Translations under genes and position numbers: made by a program
From: Ascoidea asiatica JCM 7603
Taxonomy: Eukaryota; Fungi; Ascomycota
Reading direction: 5' to 3'
DNA: 64,000 nucleotides
Assembly (NCBI GenBank): GCA_001600695.1
Contig: BCKQ01000006.1
Coordinates: forward strand, 837,472-901,471
Notes under the pieces: model-generated
Told to the model about the DNA's origin: nothing
The model's database searches: none
Seen by the model: the letters and a program-made list of their open reading frames with translations, nothing else
In this document: one piece after another, positions 22,585-35,400 of the stretch
How the letters are laid out: each line of letters starts with the position of its first letter
How positions within the stretch are numbered: the stretch's first letter is position 1

Positions 22585-23367
22585 ATGGAAGATAAAATCA
22601 ATTATTTATTAATGCATGTACCAAATAATACAACTTTAACTGTTGAATCTTTTGAAATAATTTTAAATAATTTTAAAAAAATTGGTTATTTATCAAAAAA
22701 TCAATCAAATTTATTAATTTTATTAATTATAGAATATTTAGCAGAAAATAAAATTCAATTAAATTTATTAAAATATTTATCTAGATTCTTAAATATTTCA
22801 ATTTATAATGATATAATTAATGAAAGAAATTTAAATAAAATTTGTGGTTATCCAATATGTTTAAATTCTCCAAAAAGGTTAAATAAAATTAAATTTTCAA
22901 ATTTATTTTCAATTTCAACTCCTTTTACTTATTTAAATAATTATTGTTCAAAATTTCATTATCAATCTTCTGAATTTTATAAAATTCAATTATCTAAAAT
23001 TCAAATATTTAATAGAATTAATATAACTTATTTTAAATTTAATAATATGTTTTATGAAAAAAATATTATTCTATTACAAGATTTATATAACTTTAATAAT
23101 AACTATTCAAACTTATCTCTTATTGAAATCATGAATAAATTATCTTTAAATGAGTCCAATGATGATCATAATGATAACCTTAATGACAATAACAATGTAA
23201 TTGATTTTAATAAAGGTAAAATACTATTTGAATCTGATTTATTATCTGATATTATAGAAAAATATCCACTTCAAAATACTGACATTGATAATGACATTGA
23301 TAATGACATACACATTAACATAGATAATGATAATAACATTGAAGGTTATAAACCAAAATCAAATTAA
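22585..23367 (+). CDS. RTR1: RNA polymerase II CTD phosphatase/assembly factor Rtr1/RPAP2
   Basis: DIINERNLNKICGYPIC and YCSKFHYQSSEFY zinc-finger motifs. Confidence 0.9.
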   Translation: MEDKINYLLMHVPNNTTLTVESFEIILNNFKKIGYLSKNQSNLLILLIIEYLAENKIQLNLLKYLSRFLNISIYNDIINERNLNKICGYPICLNSPKRLNKIKFSNLFSISTPFTYLNNYCSKFHYQSSEFYKIQLSKIQIFNRINITYFKFNNMFYEKNIILLQDLYNFNNNYSNLSLIEIMNKLSLNESNDDHNDNLNDNNNVIDFNKGKILFESDLLSDIIEKYPLQNTDIDNDIDNDIHINIDNDNNIEGYKPKSN

Positions 23368-23394
23368 TATATAAATTAATATATATATATATAA

Positions 23395-24254
23395 TCACTT
23401 CTTTTTTAATTCTTTATATTTCCTTTTAAATCCAAATTTATTTAATCCATCCTCAATTGAAGGTTCAAAATTATTATTAATATTAATATTATTATCTTTA
23501 ATAAATTTTATTAATAAATTAAATCTTTTAATTTTTTTAAAATAATATTTATTACATTTATTTTGTAAAAAAATTTTAAAATTTTTATTAATATTATTAT
23601 TAAAATTTAATTTTAATTCTTTAATTTTTTTACTAAATATTTTAAATGGTATATTATAATTTAAATTTAAATAATTATTCCATGATTTAATTAATTTATT
23701 ATGATATTCTTTAAAATCTTTATTAAATAAATAATTTTCATTTTTATATAATTCAAATTCCCAATTTGCTTCATCTATATAATAATCTTTAAATTTATAT
23801 AAATTTAAATCATTTAAATAATTTTTACGATTTATTAATATTTGATTTTTAATTCTATATGATTTAATTAAATTTGAAATTTTTTTTGATTGTAACCATG
23901 GTGTTCTTAAAAAATAAAATTTAAATTCATTTAAATTTTTAATTTTAAAATAATTTTTTTTAATTTTATATGGTCCTTTAATTAAATTTTTTTTAATTTT
24001 TTTAATAAAATTTATTGAATTTATAAAATTCATTTCATTTATTAAATTTTTAAATTCTGGTAATTGAAAAATTAAATTTCTTGGTTTTGGAATTTCAATT
24101 TTTTTATTTATATTTTCAAAATTTTTATTTTTTAAATTTATATATTTTATTATATTTAATAAAATTCTATCATTATTTGATTGAATTTTTCTTAATTTTA
24201 TTGATTTTATTATATTTGCTTCTGGTTTTAATTTAATTAATTCTTTTTTTATTA

Positions 24255-24291
<37 letters not shown>

Positions 24292-24642
24292 TGATTTGAA
24301 ATTTAATATGAAAAATTTTTTATAAAATGAATAAATATTTTGAAATTTTAAATTATTATTTAAATTAATAATATCTTTATTACTATTACTATTTAAAGAA
24401 ATTATAAAATCTCTTAATATAATCTCTAAATTATATGCATTAATTAAATTTAATCTAATTTTCTTTGAAGATGGATTACTTTTTAAATTTTTAAAAATTA
24501 AACATATTGATTTATTTAATTTAATATCATTTATATTTTTTGAATAATTTAAATCAATATATTTTGAATGTTTATATAATAATTTATATATATTTAATAC
24601 TGAAGATTTATGAGATTTTAAATATTTAAATTGAATTGGCAT
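23395..24642 (-). CDS. RRG1: Mitochondrial LYR-like protein Rrg1
   Basis: N-terminus SHKSSVLNIYKLL resembles Rrg1 SHKSYVLSLYR; contains FLRTPWLQS and EANWE; adjacent to an RTR1/RTR2 gene as in S. cerevisiae. Confidence 0.65.
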
Positions 24643-25011
24643 TTTTAAATTTCAATTCATTTTCATTTTCATTTTCATTTTCATTTCAATCTTCTTTATA
24701 TTACTTACTTACATATAATAGTTTATACCTTTTTTCAATTGGTAAAAATATTTTCATATAAAAACTTTAATTATTATCTTCAATATTACGTAATATTTTA
24801 TTGTTTTTGAATACCGACCAGATTTATTTCTTTTGGGAGGAATTCCGAGGTTAATTTGCATATGACCCGCATATTCTATGTTTAAAACTACATAGAATTT
24901 TTGGGTTTCGGGACTCATTAAAATAAAACCCTAGGACATTATAATTACTTTTTCCGGGCAATCATTCGGGACAAGATTACTGTCTGCATAAAACTTTATA
25001 TTGTAGACAAT

Positions 25012-25381
25012 CTTATCTGGCCAATAAAACGGGGGTTTAGAAATTGGGTTTACTGCAGCACCTCGCACAGACTTCTTTTGTACACTTGGAGTGTACGGAG
25101 ATTGCTTTTGATTGGTGTTTCTTTACATTTGAAAAAGGCCTGGCTATGAGCAACTCCAGAGATCAGCCGACAGCGATTGGCTCTGCTCTTTATCGACCAT
25201 AAAACCCTGAGTGGAAGCTTGGAAGAGTCTCAGATAAAGGAGAAAACCGCAGTAATTGCGCGCAGTAAATACCTTTCATACTTTATTTCCATACTATTTC
25301 TGCGCTATCGTTTAGAACTGTTCGCTTTACTCTTTTAACGAACACTCAATAGCGCGCCATACTTCAAAAAAGGCCCTTATC
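25012..25381. promoter_or_regulatory. Cluster of GATAA (nitrogen-regulation) sites in the GC-rich GAT1 upstream region
   Basis: CTTATC 25012, TTATC 25190, GATAA 25233, CTTATC 25376; GAT1 orthologs are GATA-regulated. Confidence 0.45.
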
Positions 25382-25833
25382 GTTGTGCAGGTGAAGTTCA
25401 CTTTCATGTTAATCACAAAGTATTGCGCGCGCTCTGTTAAACTCCTGCGCTGCAAAAGTTAAGCTTTTCTTGTCGTCTACGCGCGGTGGTGGTTTGGTGT
25501 TGGTCCGGTCGGTGGCAGTTTTCACCTTTCTGCGGGCGCTTTTCCTGGTAATTTTGCTGGGAGTCGTTTTCTCTGCTGCATTTGCGAACGATCGTTTCAA
25601 ACTCTGAAGAATCAACGAATATCGAAGGTGATTCTGAAAATAATAATATTAGAATAGTTTTAGAATAGCTTTCTTCTATCTAAAATTTAGTGCTTTAATT
25701 GCTTATTTCTTTATTTTTTATTTCCTTATTGCTTTATTTATTAGTTTATTACTTTATTTGTTTTCATTTATTTAGATATTCATGATTGATTTATTAATGA
25801 TCTAGTCAAATAATAATAATAATAGTAATAGTA

Positions 25834-25871
<38 letters not shown>

Positions 25872-26287
25872 ATATATATCTTAATATATATCATAATACC
25901 CTATTCATACACTTATTATCCATCAAAGCTTTCTTTTTAAATATATTTGCTTTTATAACTTGGTTTTAGTTCCTTTTCCTTTAATTTACCGAAATATTTA
26001 AATACGTAAATACCTAAATAATTAAAATTATAATCATAATTTCTAATTTCTAATTTCTAATTTCTAATTTTATAATTCCAATTTTTTGCTATCTCATTTT
26101 CTTTAAGATTTTAATCCAGTAAAAAAGTAATCAAATAATTATTAATATTCCAATCTATAAATTTAGTTAATTTACAACATTTATATATATATATTTAAAT
26201 AAAATTTTTATGATATATGGTATATATATATAGAATTTTATATTGCTTTAACCCTAAAGATTAAAAAAAAGAAAAAAAAAAAAAAGT

Positions 26288-26642
26288 ATGATGAATATGA
26301 ATATGAATATGAATATGAATAGAAATATAAATAGGAATATGAATGAAATATCTGATATAATACCTCCTCAATCAAATTCAAATTCAAATTCAAATTCAAA
26401 ATCTCAATTTCAATCTAAATCTCAATCAAAACCTCAATCAAATATAAAATCATCTAAAAATTTAAATAATTCAAATAATCTATTATTCTCAAATGATTTT
26501 AATCAAAATAATTTATCAACTTCTCCTGATTCTTTATGGAGAATGTATGCTAAAGCTAAAGCTTCTTTACCTTATAGAGCAAGAATGGAAAATTTAACTT
26601 GGAGAATGATGGCAATATCTTTAAGAAGAAAAAATATTAATC

Positions 26643-26718
<76 letters not shown>

Positions 26719-29293
26719 TAATCAATCTTCAAATAATAATAAAATTAAACCTAATGAAATTAATAATCATATTGATGATATAAAAACTATAAATTCAGTA
26801 AATGATATTAAAAATCTTAAAAATAATATAAAAATTAAAAATATTACTAAAATTAATTCAAATGAAAATATAACGTCTCAAAATAAATCTCCTTTATTAA
26901 ATTCTTTATCTTCTTTAGATAATGATCATGATATTGATTTATCTTTATCTGATCAATTTATGAATTTACCAAATGATAATAATCATTCAAATAATAAAGA
27001 TAATTTCGATTATGTTTCTCATATAAGAAGATATAATACTGAAAATAATAGTACTAATAATAATGGAAATAATTCTAAAAAAAGACCTGCTGAATTTTCT
27101 CCAGCTTTTCAACCTACTGATTCTTTAAACAATATAAATTCAACTTTATCAAATAATTTTTTCCCTAATCAAAACAATACTCTGAATAACACACTCAATA
27201 ATAATATTAATAACCAAAATAATCAAAATAAATTTTCTTATTCTTCCTCTTTAAGGTTAGGTCTTGAAACTTTACATGAAAATCCAATGAATTTACATAA
27301 TCATAATAATAGTAATATTAATAATTCAAATAATTTTAATCAAAATATTAACTCAAATACACATCCAATTCCAAATTCAATACCTTTAAATCATATGCTG
27401 CCTAGTAATATTCCAAATATTATTCCAAATAATATCCTGAATAACATGCAGAATAATATTCCAAATAATATACGAAATAATATGTCAAATAATATGTCAA
27501 ATAATATGCCAAACAACATTTCAAACAACCTTCCAAATAATATGCAACACAATATACCTCCAAATCCTTTAACAACTCAACTTAATCATCATCCTAATTC
27601 CTCTAATCATCATGATCATGCATTTCAATTTTCTTTAGATCCTTTGGCCGTTGAAGCACCTTCTAATAATTTTAGATCTCCAATAGCTGTAAATGGATAT
27701 CAAAATCATTATAATTTATCTTCTCCAGATACTCCTTTCTCAGATTCTCAAAATCATTCTCGTCCTCCAACTTCAATAGCTCCTTCTAATATTTTAAATA
27801 ATAATGTTCCCCCTTTTTTCAGTAATAGAAATAATAATAATAACAATAACAATAGTAATAATAATAATCATAATAATAATCATTCTTTTCTTGATAACTT
27901 TTCTTCCCCTTCATTCAACTTTGAAATTATTCCAGATAATGTTACATCTTCTTCCTTTATGGACTCTTTCATAAATAATAATAATAATAATAATAGTAGA
28001 AATAGTAATAATAATGGAAATAATAATAATTCAAAACCAAATGCTATTGACCCAAAAGCTTTTGAAGCAATAAAAGAAGATAATTTCAGTTGGTTAGATA
28101 TGCCAGATTCAGATTTTATTTCAAAACCTACTACAAATACAAATCATCTGAACAATAATCAAAATAATAATAATAATTTAATGAATAATAAATTTCCCTC
28201 CACTTCACAAATTAATGGTACAATTTCACCTGATTTTATTACAAAATTTCCTTCTCAAAATCAAAATTTAACTCTTGGTATTGATAATGCTTTAAATAAA
28301 GTAACAAATGAACAAGATGAATTACAAAATATTCGAAAGCCAAATAATGAAAGAAAAAATTCTGTCGTTTCAACTGTATCTACAATTTCTGTTAACACTA
28401 TTAATACTAATAATACCGATAATTCTTCAATTTCTTCAAGAAAGAAAACGAATAAACCTAATAAAAAATCAAAAGTTAAAGAAATCAAAAGTTCATTTTC
28501 AAATGCAGCAAAAAATAAAAATAATTCTACTTCAAATTCACAAACTAGATGTACAAATTGTAATACACAAACTACACCTTTATGGAGAAGAAATCCAGAA
28601 GGTCAGCCTTTGTGTAACGCTTGTGGATTATTCCTAAAATTACATGGTGTTGTAAGACCCTTATCCTTAAAAACAGATGTTATTAAAAAGAGACATCGAG
28701 GTAGTAATGCAACTTCAAAAGATAAGATGAATTGTGATGATAATAATAGAAATTCTAATAATAACTCTAATAATAATAGTCCGAATCTTTCAATAAATGA
28801 TAAAAAAGTAATGAAAAAATCTTCTTCAAATTCTCCAAAAAGATTATCAAATAGTACCTTAGGTTTAGCAACTTTAGGAATGACTACAAATCCAGCTTCC
28901 ATAACTAAGGGGTTTAAATCTCTTTCTTCAATCAATCTAATAAAAAGAGTAGATGGAGATGATTTAAATCCTAAACCATTGAACTTATCAGCAAAATCCA
29001 TGAACATAGATATTGATGGTGACGATTTGGATCCAAATCCAATCAATCTAATGACAGAAAATGACATAAATATAACAGAAAGCCCTAACATAAATAATCT
29101 GGAAATTGGACTGTTATCAAATGATAGTAATAGCAATAATAATAGTAATAATAGTAACAATAATACTAACGGTAATAGTAATAATAAAAATAGTAATGCT
29201 AATGATGATTTATTTGGAAATAATAATGAAATGCCAACTGATATTGATCCAAGTTCTCAAAATAATTGGGAATGGTTAACCATGGCACTTTAA
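26288..29293 (+). CDS. GAT1: GATA nitrogen activator Gat1/AreA
   Basis: [25 protein letters not shown] (DUF1752-type), [49 protein letters not shown]-terminal WEWLTMAL. Confidence 0.93.
26645..26716 (+). repeat. Pure (AAT)24 tract encoding poly-Asn in GAT1
   Basis: Direct count from the sequence. Confidence 0.9.
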
Positions 29294-29601
29294 TAATAAA
29301 GGAGTTTGTTTAATTATGAAAATTTCATTTCTTTTAATTTTTTGTTCTAATATTCTTTGTTAATATTTTGTTAGTTGATTTTTAATTTTTTTTCTGTTAA
29401 TTGGTGATATAATTTTTTAAAGCATAGATTGTAATTTTTTTTTAATATTAAACATTTTTTAATGAATATAAAAGCTCTGAGTAAAATGAAAATGAAAATT
29501 GAATGTAAAAACTTTTTAAATTGAATTGAATCAAATTGAATCAAATTGAATCAAATTGAATTAGTGAGATATGTGTATTATATTTTGTAGAATATACTTT
29601 C

Positions 29602-30970
29602 TTATAATTCAGTTTCTGCATCAACACCAAAATCTTTTAAACCTTCACCGAATTCATTTTCCCATAAAAAAGTATTTGAATTTGATTCTGAATTATGAAA
29701 AGTATTAGAATTTATTACAAATCTTTCAGCACCTATTCCAGGAGTTGCTTCATCTGGAGTATCATCTTTTTCTTGATTATTACCATCTGGGGGCCAAGGT
29801 AAAGATAATTCATCATCAAATATATCATCAGTTTTTTTAAAATTAATACCATCACAAATTGGATAAGACCATGGGAAAATCCAAAACCAAGGATAATTTA
29901 AAGCTTGAATTGTATTTTGCCAAAGAGATAAATTAAATGGAAAAATTATATCATCAATTTTAAAATCGGGTATAGGCTCATAATTATTTGTACTTGTTGG
30001 TGAAAATGAAGGTCTTTGTCTTGAAATATTATTATCATTTAAAGTGCCATCATTATTATCATTATCATTATCATTTTCATTGTTATAAGAGGAAGTTGAA
30101 TAAGATGAAGACCAAGAAGATAATTTTGGTAAATTTTTTTTATGAATTGATTTATAATTTGATCTAATTTTAGACCAAAAAGAATTTGAATTTATATGAG
30201 ATTCTATTCTTTCCCATTCCCAAGATTCAATTTGAGTCATTCCAGAAATAATTATATGATAAAGAGTTCTTATTGTTAATAAAGATACAGTTAAAAGTAT
30301 AAAAGAATCAATTGGTAATAAAATGATTGTGAAATATAATTGAGATTTTTTAATAAGATAAGAAGGTAAATTTCTATCAATCCAAAAATTATATAAATTT
30401 TTAATTAATTCAATTAAAACAAAAGAAGAAGTAAAAATTACAAAAATTAAAAATCTAATAAAATGAGGTAAATTATTATTACCAATACAATTTAAAGTCC
30501 ATGGACAATGATGATCCATTTTTAAAATACAATTATTACAAGATTTACAATGATGAGATCTTTCAGGTTTATAATTATTACATTTTCTACACCATCTTTT
30601 CCATATTAAATTTTGTTTATCATTAATTTCATAATTAAAATTTGGAGGAATATAATTTTTTGGTGGATTTCCTGGAGATATAAAAATTGATAAGAGATAA
30701 TTTATCCAGATTAAAGATAAAAAAATTTGAAAAAAAACTTGTTTTTGAAATGAGAAATAATTTGAAAAAATGAAATAATGAGCAGAATATCCTACAAATG
30801 CGATTAAAAAAGAAGGTATCTAATATAATTGAAATTATTGTTAGTTATTTTGATAGATGGAAAGTAAGAATTAAAAGTTAAGATTTGATAAGAGATTAGG
30901 AAAGATCAAAGATGACTTAGAAATTACATACAGCTATGCCTAGCCAGGGCCATTTAAGTTGAACAACCAT
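29602..30970 (-). CDS. PFA4: DHHC palmitoyltransferase Pfa4; exons 30970-30932, 30819-29602; 418 aa
   Basis: GTATGT donor, AACTAAC branchpoint, TAG acceptor; spliced MVVQLKWPWLGIA|IPSFLIAFVGYSAHYF matches the Pfa4 N-terminus; DHHCPW motif. Confidence 0.93.
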
Positions 30971-31427
30971 TATAACTGATTGATTTCTGAAATCTTTTGT
31001 TTGAATAAGTTGAAATTAAACAAAAAATAATTCATTTCTTGAATTGATCAAGAATAAAGGTTTCTGTGGAAAATATATATCAAAAACAACGAGAAAGTGA
31101 AAGAATTCCTCATCTAAAAAAGATACCGGCAAAATAGAAACAAGTGGAATACATTTTACCAGAGCCGCGCCATGGGTGTGGTAAGAAACCAGAAAGGCAT
31201 CAAATAAAGTAATCATGCGTGCCCCTGAGTTTTGGTCTCAGTGTTTATTTATTTTTGGGCCGGAGCGGAGTGTTGATTACGTAATCAATCATTGTGGAAG
31301 TAATCGAAGCAGAGTGCCAGATCGAGGGTGGCTTCCACAGTCAGGCCCGGAGTGAGGTGGATACTACTTACAAAAGTCAGATTTTTTTTAATTCAATATA
31401 AAAAAATAAATAAACAAATTAATCACG

Positions 31428-31532
31428 TAATAAAATTTGAAACAAAAAATTGAAACATATAATAAAAATTGAAACACATAATAAAAATTCAAACACATAA
31501 TAAAAATTTAAACAAAAAATTGAAACAAAAAA
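31428..31532. repeat. Imperfect tandem repeat of (CATAATA)AAAATTGAAAC units
   Basis: About six copies of AAAAT(T/C)(G/C/T)AAAC are visible. Confidence 0.7.
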
Positions 31533-32434
31533 ATAATCACGGGATCATAACTTAGTATTATAAGAACTGAGGTCAGAAATGATTGTTGAAGCATTTCTGT
31601 CAACAATACTCATTAAGCTCTTAGGCTGTTAGGTGGAGCACTCCGCCACAAAAATAATACACTAATAAGGTAATTATATGGCGCTGACGTGGTAGTGGTG
31701 TGGCTGATACGGAGCACGTTTTTCAATGTTTCCTAATCGGGGATCTTGGCTTAACGCCAGAGTTTTCTGCGCCTTTGGATGCACAGCGTGCGCTTCTCTG
31801 CCGCTACCATTTTTTCACCCAGTAGAGATACTGCACACTGCTGCACCGCTCTTCACTCTCAAAAACGCCAACCTTAATAAAGTACAATAACCTGCAAGTG
31901 TTCTTAATGAAATATTTTTGAAAGTGTTATGAATTGTTATACAAGTATTTTATTATTATATTATATTATCAGTTTTTTTATTTTCATAGTTTATTTTTGA
32001 ATTATGAAACTCAATAAGAATTTCTAGTGCTGAGGGTGTGATATTGAAAGTGTAATATCATCCCTTTTGATTTTTTTAATTTTTTCTTTTGGATTTTGGG
32101 TTTGTTTTCACAAAAATGATTCATTGTTGATCTTTAATTTTTTTAGTATTCTTATTCTTGTTCTTATTCTAATTCTTATGTTTATTCTCTTTAGAATCTT
32201 TCTAAAGAACAATGGCCTTAGAACGTGCTTGTAGAATGTTAAACCATTTCTCTTTATATATTTCAAATTTATTTTATTCATTTCCTTTCTCATTTTTATT
32301 TTAAATATAATAGACCATTCTCCTGACACTTTTCTTTCTCTTTTTCAATTTTATTTTTTTGAAATTTATCATTTTTTTTATCTAAAGACATCATATAAAA
32401 TCCTTCTCAAATATATTCAATAGATCTCACAACA

Positions 32435-35400
32435 ATGTCTAATGATGAAAATAAATATAATAATAAATCTTTAGATCCATTTTTTAATGAACTAAATAAT
32501 ACTAATAATAACGTGAATAATAACTTTAATAACAATTCAAAAATGCAAGAAAATAAACTATCCAATATATCTAATGAAGATTATTTAAAATTTCAAGAAA
32601 AAATGAATTTAAATATGGATGAAACTATAAGGTTAGCTGTATCTGAAGCAATAAAAAAATCACTTTCACCATCCTTATCCCAAAATTCTACTTTCAATAC
32701 TTTTCAACCTAATAATAATAATAATGTTGATAATACCAACATTAATAATATTAATAATAATATAAATCACTCATCTTTACCTTATAATTCTATAAATTCA
32801 TCATTATCTTCAAAAAATAATATATCTACTAATAATGTAGATTATTTAGTCTCAAATATTCAAAATAGCTTAAGTTTGCAAATAAAAAATATGGTTCCTC
32901 AAATTTTAAATCAAAATTTGAATTTAAAAAATACCTCTGTTAATGATATCTATCCTTCTCCTCCTTTTCCTCATAAACTAAACATTCAAACACCTACTCA
33001 ATCTTATACTGATAATCAAAATTATAACTCCCCAAATTATGATCCAAATTCTCATTATTCTTCAGATTTATCTCCTACTGATCAACAACAATATCAAACT
33101 AATTATTCTTTTAATCAATATTCTTCAGAGTATAAATCTCCTTCTGATTATAAATCTATTCATGATTCTCCTTTTCATATGCATTCTAGCATAAATAATA
33201 ATAGTAATAGTAATAATAATTATAATAATAATAATAATAATAATAATAACTCTTTTTTCATAAAACCTTCTAGAAGTCCGAGTACAAGAACAAGTCAATC
33301 AAGTTTATCAAATTCAAGAAGATTAAGTTTTATTTCAGATTCAACTACATCAACTTCAATTTCTGAAGGTATTCAAACTCCTTCAATTCATATGCAGACA
33401 AAATCAATTAATGGTATTAATAATAATCATGAAGATTTTGATAAATTTAATAATCTCTTTTCTGTTCCATTAACCCCTATTAAACAATTACCTGATGATA
33501 TTATTTCTGATTATTCAGGATCTCAAAATTTACATAATTTTAAAATCAAAAATAACTCAAATTCATCAATAAGTTTGCGAAATAGTTCTCAAACTTCAAT
33601 AAATAATATACCTTCAACTACCTTACCTTCCCCAACTATAAATACAACCTTAAATTCAAATTCAAAACCTCCATCTCGCCCAGATTCAAAACAAGGGTTG
33701 AGAAAAAATTCTTTATTATCTCCTACCAGTAGTAGATATCTGTCAAGAAAACCAAGTCAATCAAGTATTTCAAGTTCAAGACAAAAACTTTATTCAAAAT
33801 TAACCTTGAGAACAGTAGGAAGTTCTTCAAAATTAAATACAATTGAACAATCTGATGAACATGTAAATGATTTTATTCAAATTCAGCATCAGTTTCATTC
33901 AAATTTAATTTACCTAATAAATGCTGGAAATCATCTTTTATGCCAAGAAAGAGAACTTTGTGCCCCATATGGAATGAATAGATTCTATAATGATTCTTTT
34001 TATTGGATTAATGAACTTGCTGAATTACATCAATTGGAACTTTTAAATCCAATTAATAATTTAAAATCAAACGATTTTGAATCTTTTTTAAAATATTTTC
34101 AAAACTGGATTAGAAAATCAATTCCAGTTTGGACAAATTTTGTAAAAAGATTTTCAAATCTTCTTTTTTTTATAAAATTAAGTGAATTTGTTTCACCAAC
34201 GAAACGAAATTCATTAATATTATCTAAATCTCCAAATGCCTATTATTTAAATGATCCTCTTAATTGTTTTCAAAATAATTTTTCAAAAAAATTCTTGAAT
34301 TGGAAAAATAATGTTAGTGAAATAGGAATTATATCAAATAATTTAATTAATAAATTTTTTAGTCAAAATTTTTTGGATATTATATTTGATTACAATGAAC
34401 AATTAATTGATATGATTGATCACATCTCAATTCAAAATCTTATTTCTTTTCATTCTTCTTCAGAAACTAAAAATTGTATTCATTTATTTAAATCTGAAAT
34501 TGAGTCAAGTCTTAGTGTTTCAAAAACTGAAACTGTTTTAAGTTTGCTAAGTTGGAAAGAGTTTTTCTTTGATAAAGTTAAATTGTTTGATCTAATAAAA
34601 GATATTCTATTCATTTCTTTATTCAAAGGAGAACAAAAAATATTTCATTCTGAAAATAATGTAGAAGTTAGAAATATTATTTTTTTGGTCTTTTCTGCTC
34701 ATTTAATTATTGTTAAAGTGGATTTCAATAGAACAGGAACTTATCAATTAACAGTAATAGACGATCCTATTTCTTTAAAAATTTTAACTAAAGAAGAAAA
34801 AAAAAAAGTATGTTATGAAGGATTAGATGATATCAGACAAATTTTTGAAACCAGTTCTATTAGATCTAGTAGTATTTCTTCCAAGGAAAATTTATCCATA
34901 ATTTCACCACTTCATGAATCATTATCCCCAAATGCAATGGAAACAATTAAAAAATCAGTTTCAAGAACTAGTGAAACTTCCTCAACTAAATCAATTCTTT
35001 CTCGATCAAATTCAGCATTAATAAAGAATAAATCATCTGCTAGTAAAAGGAATTCTATTCTATCAACTAAGCTTTTAATTCAAGAAAAAAATAATTTAAA
35101 TGATTTCCAAAATGTGCCCAAAATCACTGAATCAGAGACCCAGGTTTTCAGTGACATTAGAAAACCACTTTTGATTTCTCATAAAACTAATCTCAGCAGT
35201 AATAATAGTAGTATTAATACTAAAGCGACAATAACTGAAAATTTCAACCCAATAAAATCCAAACCAATTAATAACAACTCTAGTTTCAATTACAATTATA
35301 ATGAAAATTTATCTGAATCAATCAGTGAAAAAAAGCTACCAATAAATTATTTTTCATATATTGAAAAAGAAGGTAAAGAAAATGAATCAATAATTTCACT

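Noticed and set aside
23395-24642. Mitochondrial DNA insertion, suggested by extreme AT content
   Set aside because: Intact standard-code ORF with an Rrg1-like N-terminus and conserved RTR neighbour
31424-31545. Point centromere (TCACG + AT-rich core)
   Set aside because: No complete CDEI (RTCACRTG) and no CDEIII CCGAA motif; the core is a tandem repeat
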